This document shows, piece by piece, positions 1 to 8,509 of a DNA stretch of 64,000 bases. The DNA is from a virus (Duplodnaviria > Caudoviricetes). Where the stretch lies: IMG/VR virus record IMGVR_UViG_3300044620_001883, positions 64,001 through 128,000 of that record. The stretch is one strand, 5' to 3'. Position 1 is the stretch's first letter. Each line of letters begins with the position of its first letter. The notes beneath the pieces were generated by a model. That model had not been told where the DNA came from. It did not search any database and worked only from the letters and a program-made list of their open reading frames with translations. Position numbers and translations under genes: made by a program.

Positions 1-495
1 TTGACCAACTATCGGAGTAGCGACGGCAAAGTTGCGAATTATCGGCTGCAGGTGCATCCCGCGCATTTCTATCCGTCTCTGATCAACCAGACTATCGCCA
101 TGTTACAGCGAGTCGCGGAGGAAACAGAGCAGAAGGCTGAGTGTCCAGCCCCGGCGGTCATGCAGGCTGCCGCGACGCGATTGCTGGGCACGTTACAGCA
201 GCGGCAGGCCGCCTTTGAGGAGCAGCAGAAATCTGCTGCGGGTATGCCACCCGAGAACCCCAATCTGCAGTTGCAGCCAGACGCGACGCTCATGCTGCGC
301 AACGTGGAGGTACTCGAGACTGTCGTGGTTGAAGAACCAGCAATGAAGGCAGGCAAACGCGCCACCGCCGCAAAGGTGTACACACCGGATGAACAAGCGG
401 AGCGTTGGCTACGGGCCAACTGGCCGTTAAAGCGTTACGGGGCGTCTTTCAAACTTGTCCCTGGAAAGTTTAGTTCAATCGTACCAACCGCTTAA
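1..495 (+). CDS. hypothetical protein (5' end probably truncated by the window)
   Basis: Open frame from base 1, stop just before the MazG-like gene. Confidence 0.6.
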   Translation: MTNYRSSDGKVANYRLQVHPAHFYPSLINQTIAMLQRVAEETEQKAECPAPAVMQAAATRLLGTLQQRQAAFEEQQKSAAGMPPENPNLQLQPDATLMLRNVEVLETVVVEEPAMKAGKRATAAKVYTPDEQAERWLRANWPLKRYGASFKLVPGKFSSIVPTA

Positions 496-502
496 AACAC
501 AC

Positions 503-1117
503 ATGGAATTCTACTCAAAACACAACAGGCTTACGCCAGAACTCTGGCATGATTACAGCGTCAACGCCTACAGGACGACGCCGGATGTCGGAAAACTGCT
601 AACGCAATGGGGAGTTATTCAACCTGGTCAAGACCCTGCAATGGTGGTGTGGGATCTGGCAAATGTCAGGCGTGTCGAGGATCTCAAGCACGGCGCCCAC
701 GGACTGGCCACGGAGTTGTATGAATACGCCTGCGCTCCGGATGAGGAAAACCGCAACGAGGAACTTGGGGATATCTGCTGGTACTTGGCTGTGATCGTAC
801 GTGGCCTTGACTTGTGCCTCGATGATATCTGCCCACCAACCGATGACGGCACCATGTTTGCAATGACATTCCCGGCGTGTGCACATGAGGTTGTGGGAGA
901 CCTCAAACGCCTGGCCTACTATGATCGCCAAGAAATACGGGACAGGTTAATCACCAACATCAGATCCACATTGATCTGTATTCAGGGACTTGCATCCTGC
1001 AGCATGGCCGAGTTGCTAGATCAGAACAGTCATAAACTTCTCAAGAAACGTTACCCTGATGGATTCAGCAACGAAGCAGCTACGGCTCGCCGCGATAAAC
1101 CGGGCGAGAGCGATTGA
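503..1117 (+). CDS. MazG-like nucleoside triphosphate pyrophosphohydrolase
   Basis: HGLATELYE...EELGDICWYLAV and C-terminal NSHKLLKKRYPDGFS match the phage MazG-like family. In-frame ATG at 503 chosen as start. Confidence 0.8.
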   Translation: MEFYSKHNRLTPELWHDYSVNAYRTTPDVGKLLTQWGVIQPGQDPAMVVWDLANVRRVEDLKHGAHGLATELYEYACAPDEENRNEELGDICWYLAVIVRGLDLCLDDICPPTDDGTMFAMTFPACAHEVVGDLKRLAYYDRQEIRDRLITNIRSTLICIQGLASCSMAELLDQNSHKLLKKRYPDGFSNEAATARRDKPGESD

Positions 1118-1481
1118 TGCAGAATGGCATCGAGCGGGGGAGTTGATGCGGACCACCCAGGACTTTCGTTCGGACGTGGCCTGGTATTGGGCAGGACCAG
1201 AGGACGACTTCACACGTGCTGCTTTTTGGCAGATCGTGGTGCAGGCACGCTGCATTGTGTTGGAGTTCCTCAATGACGCGATCATTGGATTGGTCTGGGA
1301 TCGAGGCCAACCCGCAGTAGCCTACGACGCCTCGCTGGCGCTGGCGATCTTGCGGCGTAAATGGCTGTTGGGGGACACGTCAACAAAGTTGCAGCGCGAG
1401 ATAGAGGCCAGGGAACTTGAGAAGTTCGAGGCAATGCTGCACACAGACTTTGGAAAGACAACGCCTTGGTTTTTGATGTAG
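1059..1481 (+). CDS. hypothetical protein
   Basis: ORF tiles the region; start uncertain. Confidence 0.55.
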   Translation: MDSATKQLRLAAINRARAIDAEWHRAGELMRTTQDFRSDVAWYWAGPEDDFTRAAFWQIVVQARCIVLEFLNDAIIGLVWDRGQPAVAYDASLALAILRRKWLLGDTSTKLQREIEARELEKFEAMLHTDFGKTTPWFLM

Positions 1482-1706
1482 ATGGTTATAAGAGTATCCA
1501 GTATAATACACTGAAGAATGTGCGAAATGGGCAATTTCCTGAACGTGTTTTGGAATAAGTTGAACAAACTGTTCAGCGTGATACATGTATGCTAAGTATT
1601 GATTATCAATTATTTAGCTGCGTTTTAGGTTTCACCAGAAATGGTGCGCTTAAAATGTTGTTCAGCGTTTTAAGTTATTGCTACACAGTGCTTTACAACA
1701 CTCAAT
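1482..1706. promoter_or_regulatory. AT-rich intergenic region with palindromes (promoter/operator or origin candidate)
   Basis: Markedly AT-rich against a GC-rich background; TATAAT near 1502; palindromes ATACATGTAT and ATTGAT-T-ATCAAT; hairpin CACCA-GAAA-TGGTG. Confidence 0.5.
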
Positions 1707-2147
1707 TTGCTGATGGCTACAATGTACAGTTTCGCGTGTATTGACACGAATGGTGGTCATCGCAATTACTACCGGACCGCGAGCAAGGAGTCTATGTGCG
1801 TGCTGGGCGCTGACGGCAAAACCGTGCTGCAGTGTCCCGAAGACATTGATCACACGGACACGATTGTGTTGCCTGGCGGTGTGCACCTCAGCATCCGAGA
1901 GATCGCACTTTCGGGTCTAGCAGGTTGGGTGACAGCACCCCCCACGTCCTATCGTTGGTGGTTGGAGTTCACGGACGGTACACGCGCCTCTTACTTGTTG
2001 CGTGAGCCTGACAGCACAGTTTATCAGTTTTTTCCTGAGCAGGAAAACGGAGCATGGGTGCCTGCGCGCACCGTGCAGGAGCAGGCAATCTTGTGGCACC
2101 CACGTGCGAACAAGTACGGGTTAGTTGTTAAAGTACATCCTGTTTAG
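1707..2147 (+). CDS. hypothetical protein
   Basis: ORF following the AT-rich gap. Confidence 0.6.
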   Translation: MLMATMYSFACIDTNGGHRNYYRTASKESMCVLGADGKTVLQCPEDIDHTDTIVLPGGVHLSIREIALSGLAGWVTAPPTSYRWWLEFTDGTRASYLLREPDSTVYQFFPEQENGAWVPARTVQEQAILWHPRANKYGLVVKVHPV

Positions 2148-2188
2148 ATTGTACTTGCCGTCGTTGATTATCTTGCCAGTTCTACATC

Positions 2189-2755
2189 ATGGTTAAAAAA
2201 GCATCATCTAAAGGGGGCACCGCATCTGCGAGTGCCGGTATCGAAGTCGTCTATCGCGTCGGTGGGCAGGAGTTCACTGACAAGGCCGCTGCGGAAACGC
2301 ATGCTGCGAAGCATTCCGTGGAAGCAAAAGTAGCGTCCGCTGTGTCGGCTGTCATGCAACGCACCGCAGCGCGCAAGCGTCAGGACGTGCATGAGGGTGT
2401 CAAACATGTGTGCACACTGCTGCTCACCAATCCGGAGCTCGCGGCAAGGCTGCAGGAACTCATCAGCGGCGGAGGCGTGGACGCGAAAGCAGCAACGCGT
2501 GCCGTCGCAAAGACCCCCAAGACAAAGAAACCCACGGCGGAAGCCAAGGCACCAAGGGCCAAGAAACCCGCAGCGCCCGAGAGCAAGCCCGAGAAACCTG
2601 CGGAGTCGGAAAACAAGCCCGAGAAGCAGACCAGGACCAAGAAAGCTGCCGCGGTCAAACCTGCAGCAACCCCACCGGCTGCGGCGGAGGCTCCACCCAA
2701 GATCGACTTCTCCAAGTTTCCACCGCCACCCCCGCCACCACCACCTGGTAAGTAA
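2189..2755 (+). CDS. Lys/Ala/Pro-rich histone H1-like protein with C-terminal polyproline
   Basis: KTPKTKKPTAEAKAPRAKKPAA...TKKAAAVKPAA low-complexity tail, ending in FPPPPPPPPPGK. Confidence 0.55.
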   Translation: MVKKASSKGGTASASAGIEVVYRVGGQEFTDKAAAETHAAKHSVEAKVASAVSAVMQRTAARKRQDVHEGVKHVCTLLLTNPELAARLQELISGGGVDAKAATRAVAKTPKTKKPTAEAKAPRAKKPAAPESKPEKPAESENKPEKQTRTKKAAAVKPAATPPAAAEAPPKIDFSKFPPPPPPPPPGK

Positions 2756-2791
2756 GCACAGGAACTGATCTCCTCTAACGACGTACTTGCC

Positions 2792-3343
2792 ATGGACCCT
2801 CACATCATCATTTCCGGTTCGAATCCCCAGCCTACTGAACCCCCATCTCCGACTGGAGGTGTGGCGTTCCGGCAGGCGGATTTTGACCAGCAGGTGCGAG
2901 GGCTCCATGCAAGTGCACGTGTGCGTCCAGAGGACGTACTTGTCGGTAATCCGGAGCATCGGCCCTTTGTGACGGTGATCCCGATTCTACCCCATCCCTT
3001 CAGTGTTGATCTGCAGCATGTGATCATTTTCACACGCGCGCCGAATCTGACAGAGGCGCTGGGCCGCACACCCATCATCTGGGAGAAGTTCATCAAACCG
3101 ATACACTTCCCACCACAGTCGGACTTCACAGGTGTTCCAATGGCGAAAGCCTTGGACGAAGAGGATTGGGTCGAGTACCTGAAATCCTGCCTGCGGGCGC
3201 AAAGAGACCAACCGCACAAGTACAAACTTGTGGCGCTGGGCCGCGGTTCATTCCCGCACACATTTTGTCCCTTGTGGTTGCTGGAGGACTTCAAGGATAT
3301 GTGCAGCTTCGAAGTGGACAACCGCAAGGATGTGGTCGCGTGA
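2792..3343 (+). CDS. hypothetical protein
   Basis: ORF tiling; GTGA overlap with next ORF. Confidence 0.6.
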   Translation: MDPHIIISGSNPQPTEPPSPTGGVAFRQADFDQQVRGLHASARVRPEDVLVGNPEHRPFVTVIPILPHPFSVDLQHVIIFTRAPNLTEALGRTPIIWEKFIKPIHFPPQSDFTGVPMAKALDEEDWVEYLKSCLRAQRDQPHKYKLVALGRGSFPHTFCPLWLLEDFKDMCSFEVDNRKDVVA

Positions 3344-3579
3344 CCAAACACGCACCAGTCGAAATGGAATTGCGCCGGTTGACGGCGGCTCATCGTTACG
3401 GTGAGTTGAAAAATGTACGACGCCTTTCACCAGGGTTAGCGGCAGGAGTGGTCCAAACCGGCTGTAGGACACTCATTTGTCGGCGCCTGAGAACAGGGGA
3501 ATGCGTTTTGTTGTGGTCCGCATCATGGCTGCCTTTGCGGCAGCTTCTGAGGCTCCAACATGCCGGCTATCAAACATAA
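3340..3579 (+). CDS. hypothetical protein
   Basis: GTG start overlapping the previous stop. Confidence 0.45.
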   Translation: MTKHAPVEMELRRLTAAHRYGELKNVRRLSPGLAAGVVQTGCRTLICRRLRTGECVLLWSASWLPLRQLLRLQHAGYQT

Positions 3580-4375
3580 CAGAGTTACAGGCAGTGCGCG
3601 CAAGAGCACTGCGGGACGTTGGAAACAGAAACAGCTGCAGAAGCAGCCCACAGGTGCGCTGCTAAAGTTCAGTCGTGACAATGCCAAGCTGGGAAGTCAC
3701 ATCCTGACGTTTTCCCTGCCATCCGGCCACACATGCCCCGGAGCTTGCACCTGTTTGGCCAAGGTGGATTTCAACACTAACCGGCTTGTGGACGGACCGC
3801 AGCAGGACACACGATGCTTTTCTGCCTCGCAGGAAGTGGCGTTCAAGAACTTGCGTGAAGCCAGGCGCTTCAACTTCGCATTGCTCCGTCGGCTCAAGAA
3901 AGCCACAGACATGCGGGATCTGATTTTGCGATCTCTGCCTGATGTGGGTGGTATCATTCGGATACACATCGGAGGTGACTTCTTTTCGCAGACATACTTT
4001 GACGCCTGGCAAATGGTGGCGCAGGCGCGTCCATATCAAAAGTTTTACGCGTACACGAAGTCCATACCGTTCTGGCGCAACTGGCTCAACAGGCACAAGG
4101 CGCTGGCCAAGAACTGTTTTCTGACGGCCAGCCTTGGTGGTAAGTTCGACGACCTAATTCTCCCGGGCTGGGTCACAGCCCAGATTGTAAAACATCCCGA
4201 CGTGGCCGAGGCGTTGGAACTGGAGATCGACCATGATGACTCCCATGCCTACAACCCGCGTGGGTCCTTTGCACTGCTGATCCATGGTCCACAACGCCCA
4301 GGTACAGAGGCTGCTGCCTCGCTCAAAACGCTGCGTGAAGAAGGTGTGCAGTACAGCTATTCACGAAAAAAATGA
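3560..4375 (+). CDS. Gp88-family phage protein (Cys-rich, radical-SAM-like)
   Basis: FSLPSGHTCPGACTC, RCFSASQE, IRIHIGGDFFSQTYFDAW, FYAYTKS. Confidence 0.7.
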   Translation: MPAIKHNRVTGSARKSTAGRWKQKQLQKQPTGALLKFSRDNAKLGSHILTFSLPSGHTCPGACTCLAKVDFNTNRLVDGPQQDTRCFSASQEVAFKNLREARRFNFALLRRLKKATDMRDLILRSLPDVGGIIRIHIGGDFFSQTYFDAWQMVAQARPYQKFYAYTKSIPFWRNWLNRHKALAKNCFLTASLGGKFDDLILPGWVTAQIVKHPDVAEALELEIDHDDSHAYNPRGSFALLIHGPQRPGTEAAASLKTLREEGVQYSYSRKK

Positions 4376-4578
4376 ACGAGCAACGAATTCTGAAGCGTCT
4401 GGCTCAAGCCCGTCGAGGGCTGTGCATTGCTTTGTGGTGTGCTGTACTTCTGCCATTACCAGCTGCCTTGATTTCTCCCTCCGTGGCTTTTATGACGTCT
4501 GGAATTGTGCTTGCAGTTGCAGCGCTTTTATGGTGGTATCGGGCGCATTTGTTTAGCAGCCTCATAGATCATGACTGA
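4372..4578 (+). CDS. small membrane protein
   Basis: Two hydrophobic segments; ATGA overlap. Confidence 0.55.
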   Translation: MNEQRILKRLAQARRGLCIALWCAVLLPLPAALISPSVAFMTSGIVLAVAALLWWYRAHLFSSLIDHD

Positions 4579-4939
4579 AACACCCAGCAAACCCACGCCC
4601 TATGATGGGCTTCCGCTAGAAGCCAAAGAACTGGCAGCCTTTGCGCTCTTCAAGGCGCTGCTGCAGCCGGTGGACGCAAAAGACTCACGGCCGCTGGGGG
4701 CTGTGATAAGCCTGAAGTCTTGGGAGACGTGCGCCGAGGCGGACCAAGCTGAGCTGCACTGGCGCGACGACAAGAACCTGCGCTTCATTTTCCGCAGCTT
4801 CGGCCGGGTTGTGGTTGAGGAGTTGCTGCAACAGGGCTTCACGATCAGACCGCCACGTGAAAAACAAATGCTCGACCAGCTCGATGCGGTCGTGACAGTA
4901 CCGTCACACCCTGCCTACCAACTGACGGACGACATCTGA
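4571..4939 (+). CDS. hypothetical protein
   Basis: ORF tiling. Confidence 0.6.
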   Translation: MTETPSKPTPYDGLPLEAKELAAFALFKALLQPVDAKDSRPLGAVISLKSWETCAEADQAELHWRDDKNLRFIFRSFGRVVVEELLQQGFTIRPPREKQMLDQLDAVVTVPSHPAYQLTDDI

Positions 4940-4944
4940 TACTT

Positions 4945-5406
4945 ATGCATGTCGCGCGACTACTCCAGATGGCTGATTACCTTGATCGTCTGGATCCGTC
5001 GCGTTTCACCATGCAGGCCTGGGTGCGCGTACCGCAGGCTCCGCGTTCGCACTTGATCAACCAACTCCCACCGGACAGCCGAGCTTGCCCGGTGGGATGG
5101 CTTCCTGACTTGGATCCTGAAAACTGGTGTTGGGTGGCCGTGCCTGAATCCTCTGAAGGGAAAGTGGAGTTGACCATCTACCCCGTGTGCAAGGTAGCCG
5201 CGGTATGGTGTGGGGAGGGACTGCAACCACATAACCTTGACCTCAATCCGGTGGTGTGTCGGGTGTGGCAGCAGGTGCGAGAATGGTTCGAGCTGGATTC
5301 GTTACAGCTGACGGGGCGGCTATTTGAGAGCAGTGGGTATGGTAATGGCGAGCCGGAACCGGGTCAAGTGGCGCGACGCATACGCGAGACAGTTTGTGTG
5401 CAATAA
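4945..5406 (+). CDS. hypothetical protein
   Basis: ORF tiling. Confidence 0.6.
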   Translation: MHVARLLQMADYLDRLDPSRFTMQAWVRVPQAPRSHLINQLPPDSRACPVGWLPDLDPENWCWVAVPESSEGKVELTIYPVCKVAAVWCGEGLQPHNLDLNPVVCRVWQQVREWFELDSLQLTGRLFESSGYGNGEPEPGQVARRIRETVCVQ

Positions 5407-5431
5407 CACACACCAACGCGTTATAGAAATT

Positions 5432-5745
5432 TGAGGACGGCTACGCTTGGTGGCGCCTCACCCATCTCCCGAAAGGGCACGAACTGGGGACCTTCGGGTC
5501 CCCGCCTGCGTACTGGCTCGCTACCAGCACGCAGGTTTGTTCGGCTTCGGGCTTTGCAGTGACTTCATCGGGTCATGCATTTGGGGAAATCAAACAGGTC
5601 ATGGGTGACCTGTACGATGGTTCGTGTTCACGAGACCCCACAGGGGCGGGAATCAATATGGGGCGGCATACGCCCCCACAGGGCCCAACTGGCCCGACCG
5701 CTGACCTGGCAGTTACTACCAGGATCGTTCCGGCGAAATCCGGTT
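5432..5745 (+). ncRNA. putative highly structured ncRNA or structured 5' leader (unassigned family)
   Basis: About 13 near-contiguous hairpins, e.g. CCC-GAAA-GGG, GGGGACC-TTCG-GGTCCCC, ACAGGTCA-TGGG-TGACCTGT, GGGGCG-GCATA-CGCCCC, plus long-range helix 5478-5484/5620-5626. No credible ORF; tetraloop identity favours the + strand. Confidence 0.6.
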
Positions 5746-5752
5746 CCACACC

Positions 5753-7060
5753 ATGCAGAACAAAAGCAAACAGATGAGTCTCTCCAACATGTTCGCCCAA
5801 GGACTCACATCTATGGGCGCTCTCCTGGAGAGCAATGAGCAGTTCGCGAACCTCGCGGCGGCAAGACCGCCGCGCTGCCGCTTGACCAGCAGCTACGCAG
5901 GCCCCAACGATTTCACGTTGGAGGTCATCGGGGAACAGATGCCGGCACCGGCGAAGGTGGATGAGGCGACGGTGCGCCTCATGAAGGGATGGCTGGCCAG
6001 TCGCCAGGTCATCACGGGAATCCTTCAGGGGGATAACCTCCTGGAGGACATGTCAGTCGAGGAGGCGATCGATCTCCTCGACCAGCACCGTATCATTAAG
6101 CCCCGTGACAAGAAGTCGCTGGGCATGACCGTGTGGGAACATGCAGTTCCGCACTGCTTGTTCCGTCAGTCCCTGGAGTTCCTCCAGAAAGCAGGACCTG
6201 GCCTCCCGGCAGCCTGGGACGTGGTGGAACTCCTCGAGGATGACGACGGCACCCAAGTGGGTGTCAGCCGCGCGGATCTCGAGGACTTGATCAAGAAGAT
6301 CAAGGCCGTCGAGGCCATCGTGACGAACCTGCCCAAGATCGCAGGTCCGTTCATCCCGCTTGGGGCCGCGACACCGCGCCCCTCGCTGGACACCTCGGAT
6401 ATCCAGCGCAACACCCGCTGGGTGCCGCTGAGCCGCTGGGGTGGTACGACGGCGTTCAAGTTGCGGATTGAGGTCCGCAACGGTCGTATGACGGCCATGT
6501 CGGCCGTTCCTGAACTGGAGGGCGGTACTCGGGAGAAACCCGAGGTCGTCCAACAGGCGCGCAACCCCGACCGCCACGGGCGTCCACAGCTGACGCCCCT
6601 GCCGTCTCTTCCGCCCCTGGCGGAAGACTGCCGGTTCCTCACGGACACTTTCGCACGCCGGGAGGAGATCCTCCAGGCAGCGCCAGAGTTCGCGAAATGG
6701 GCAGGAGCGGCAGGGCTACCGCTCTTCCTGCTTCAGCAGATCAACCTGACAAAGTCGGGGAAGGTCTGGCTGCAGGACGTGATGGATCAGCAGCAGCAGG
6801 CCAAGGAGGACTTGGCCGCTGCAAAGGCTGAGGCGGCCGCCGCTGTGGCCGTTGCAATGGGTGTTCAGAACGGAGAGGTCGGCGACGATTTCTCGATTCT
6901 GGAGAATGCGATTTCGTCCGCACCGATTGCGGATGAAATCGAGATCGAGCCTGAGGTGATTTCGTCCGCACCGATTGCGGATGAGATCGAGATCGAGCCT
7001 GAGGTCGAGGCAACACCAGCTGAGGCCGAAACGACACCCGCCGAGATGGCAGTTGTTTAA
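5753..7060 (+). CDS. hypothetical protein with acidic repetitive C-terminal tail
   Basis: 435 aa ORF with strongly C/G-ending codons; tail ISSAPIADEIEIEPEV x2. Confidence 0.75.
   Translation: MQNKSKQMSLSNMFAQGLTSMGALLESNEQFANLAAARPPRCRLTSSYAGPNDFTLEVIGEQMPAPAKVDEATVRLMKGWLASRQVITGILQGDNLLEDMSVEEAIDLLDQHRIIKPRDKKSLGMTVWEHAVPHCLFRQSLEFLQKAGPGLPAAWDVVELLEDDDGTQVGVSRADLEDLIKKIKAVEAIVTNLPKIAGPFIPLGAATPRPSLDTSDIQRNTRWVPLSRWGGTTAFKLRIEVRNGRMTAMSAVPELEGGTREKPEVVQQARNPDRHGRPQLTPLPSLPPLAEDCRFLTDTFARREEILQAAPEFAKWAGAAGLPLFLLQQINLTKSGKVWLQDVMDQQQQAKEDLAAAKAEAAAAVAVAMGVQNGEVGDDFSILENAISSAPIADEIEIEPEVISSAPIADEIEIEPEVEATPAEAETTPAEMAVV
6910..7005 (+). repeat. 48-bp tandem duplication (in frame)
   Basis: gatttcgtccgcaccgattgcggatga(a/g)atcgagatcgagcctgaggt twice, one mismatch. 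Confidence 0.9.
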
Positions 7061-7068
7061 GTGACCAC

Positions 7069-7120
7069 GGCGTGGGCCGGCTCAGGGGGTAACACCCCTG
7101 GGCCGGTTCCCGCCATCATT
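7069..7120 (+). terminator. long GC-rich hairpin after the 5753-7060 stop codon
   Basis: CCGGCTCAGGGG-GTAACA-CCCCTGGGCCGG (12 bp) extended by GGCG/CGCC, followed by ATCATTTT. Confidence 0.6.
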
Positions 7121-7174
7121 TTAGCTATTGCGTCTTGCTGTGTACTGCTTAGATGTAAGCATCATATAGTACAC

Positions 7175-7582
7175 ATGCACTTCGATCCTCCGGAACTCGC
7201 CGTCATTGCCGACCTAATCTTGTGGTTACTCCAGGACGGTAACATCGCCGACCAAGTGACGCAGCATGGCATCAGCCTCCCGGATTTGAAGCTCAAGCTC
7301 CTGCAGGTACAAGAGACCAGTCATGACAGTGAACCCCTGTTGTTGGATGAACCAAGCAGTGATTACGAGGAGCGCAGACGCCGCAAGCCAGCCACCGTGA
7401 AGGAGAAATCACGGAACATAGCCACGCTGGTAAATTGCTACAGCAAGAAGTCGCTGACAGGTATGCAGCTACAGGAGGCTTTCTTGGAGTCCCCGAAGCA
7501 GGACCTCGTTGATTTTATCATGCTTTCACTTTTAGGATGGGCACCCCCACAGCAGCGGAAGAAATTCCCAGCGGTCAATTAG
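7175..7582 (+). CDS. hypothetical protein
   Basis: In-frame ATG at 7175 after the hairpin region. Confidence 0.55.
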   Translation: MHFDPPELAVIADLILWLLQDGNIADQVTQHGISLPDLKLKLLQVQETSHDSEPLLLDEPSSDYEERRRRKPATVKEKSRNIATLVNCYSKKSLTGMQLQEAFLESPKQDLVDFIMLSLLGWAPPQQRKKFPAVN

Positions 7583-8037
7583 TACCGGAAGCCACGACAG
7601 TGTCAGGGCAGGAAGTAGCCAGGTTGGTATTTGACCACGCAGAGGCAAAAGGCACAGTGGAGTTGCGACGGGAAGGCTACGGCGCGTCACTGTGGGTAGA
7701 CGGTGTTGAGCTCGCCTATGTGGATCTGTTTTACCGTTCTCCAGAAGGTCAACGCGCAATCGCCGACAGTTTGGTGCAGCGCAACACCGCTCTACTGAGC
7801 GCGCCTGACAGTCTGGTGCGGCGTAACGCCGTTTTACTGGGATCACATGCCGATGAATTTGGAGAGCAGGGGCTCCTGCAGTACATTCGAGCCGAGGATG
7901 GTAGGATCGTCAGTCGCACGTATGACGAAATAGGGCTGCCCATTGTGCGCAGTCGCTGGCGTCCTATCCAAGACACGGATCCCACTCACGTGCTGTGTGA
8001 CAAGGTTCCAGCCACCTGGGAGGCAAGCAGCATATGA
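7537..8037 (+). CDS. hypothetical protein
   Basis: ORF tiling; start uncertain. Confidence 0.55.
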   Translation: MGTPTAAEEIPSGQLVPEATTVSGQEVARLVFDHAEAKGTVELRREGYGASLWVDGVELAYVDLFYRSPEGQRAIADSLVQRNTALLSAPDSLVRRNAVLLGSHADEFGEQGLLQYIRAEDGRIVSRTYDEIGLPIVRSRWRPIQDTDPTHVLCDKVPATWEASSI

Positions 8038-8288
8038 CACCCCGGCAGCAAATCCGACTTAATCAAACCTTTGCGCGTGTGAAGGGTGAGTCCATTGAGG
8101 TGCTGGAGCGCGCCGAGGAAGTCTTGAAGGAAGCACTAAAACTGCTGCGGACAGATGATGTCGAACTGCCACGGTATCTGCATTCTCAAATGCAGCTAGT
8201 CACATCTGCGCTTAACAAGGTGCTTTCCGGACAGCAGCGAGTACGCGGTATCCGGGAAGCTTGCCGGATCATGGAGGGTAAGCCGTGA
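8034..8288 (+). CDS. hypothetical protein
   Basis: ATGA coupling. Confidence 0.55.
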   Translation: MTPRQQIRLNQTFARVKGESIEVLERAEEVLKEALKLLRTDDVELPRYLHSQMQLVTSALNKVLSGQQRVRGIREACRIMEGKP

Positions 8289-8509
8289 AGCAACCTGATG
8301 TAATCATCTTTGTCGAAGGGGGTCTGGTGCAGGCAGTTCGTTCGACGGTACCGCTTACGGTGCAGGTGTTCGACAAGGACAACTACGACGCAGGGGGCAG
8401 GGCTGAGCGGGAGGACATGAGGCGTCGCTTTATCATTCTGGGTGACATGGACATTGATGACTGGTGGTCTGACGTCGTCAGAGAAACACATCCGCATGGA
8501 GCCTTCTGA
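8285..8509 (+). CDS. hypothetical protein
   Basis: GTGA coupling; VIIFVEGGLVQAV...VFDKD motif typical of small phage proteins. Confidence 0.6.
   Translation: MKQPDVIIFVEGGLVQAVRSTVPLTVQVFDKDNYDAGGRAEREDMRRRFIILGDMDIDDWWSDVVRETHPHGAF

Noticed and set aside
2812-2835. GGTTCGAATCC, a tRNA T-loop-like string
   Set aside because: T-stem does not pair, there is no acceptor, D or anticodon arm, and it lies within the 2792-3343 coding frame.
5696-5730. Possible group II intron domain V or tmRNA/RNase P identity for the structured region
   Set aside because: No proper catalytic-triad stem with bulge, no tRNA-like ends, no RNase P P4 signature and no RT/maturase nearby. Left as unassigned.
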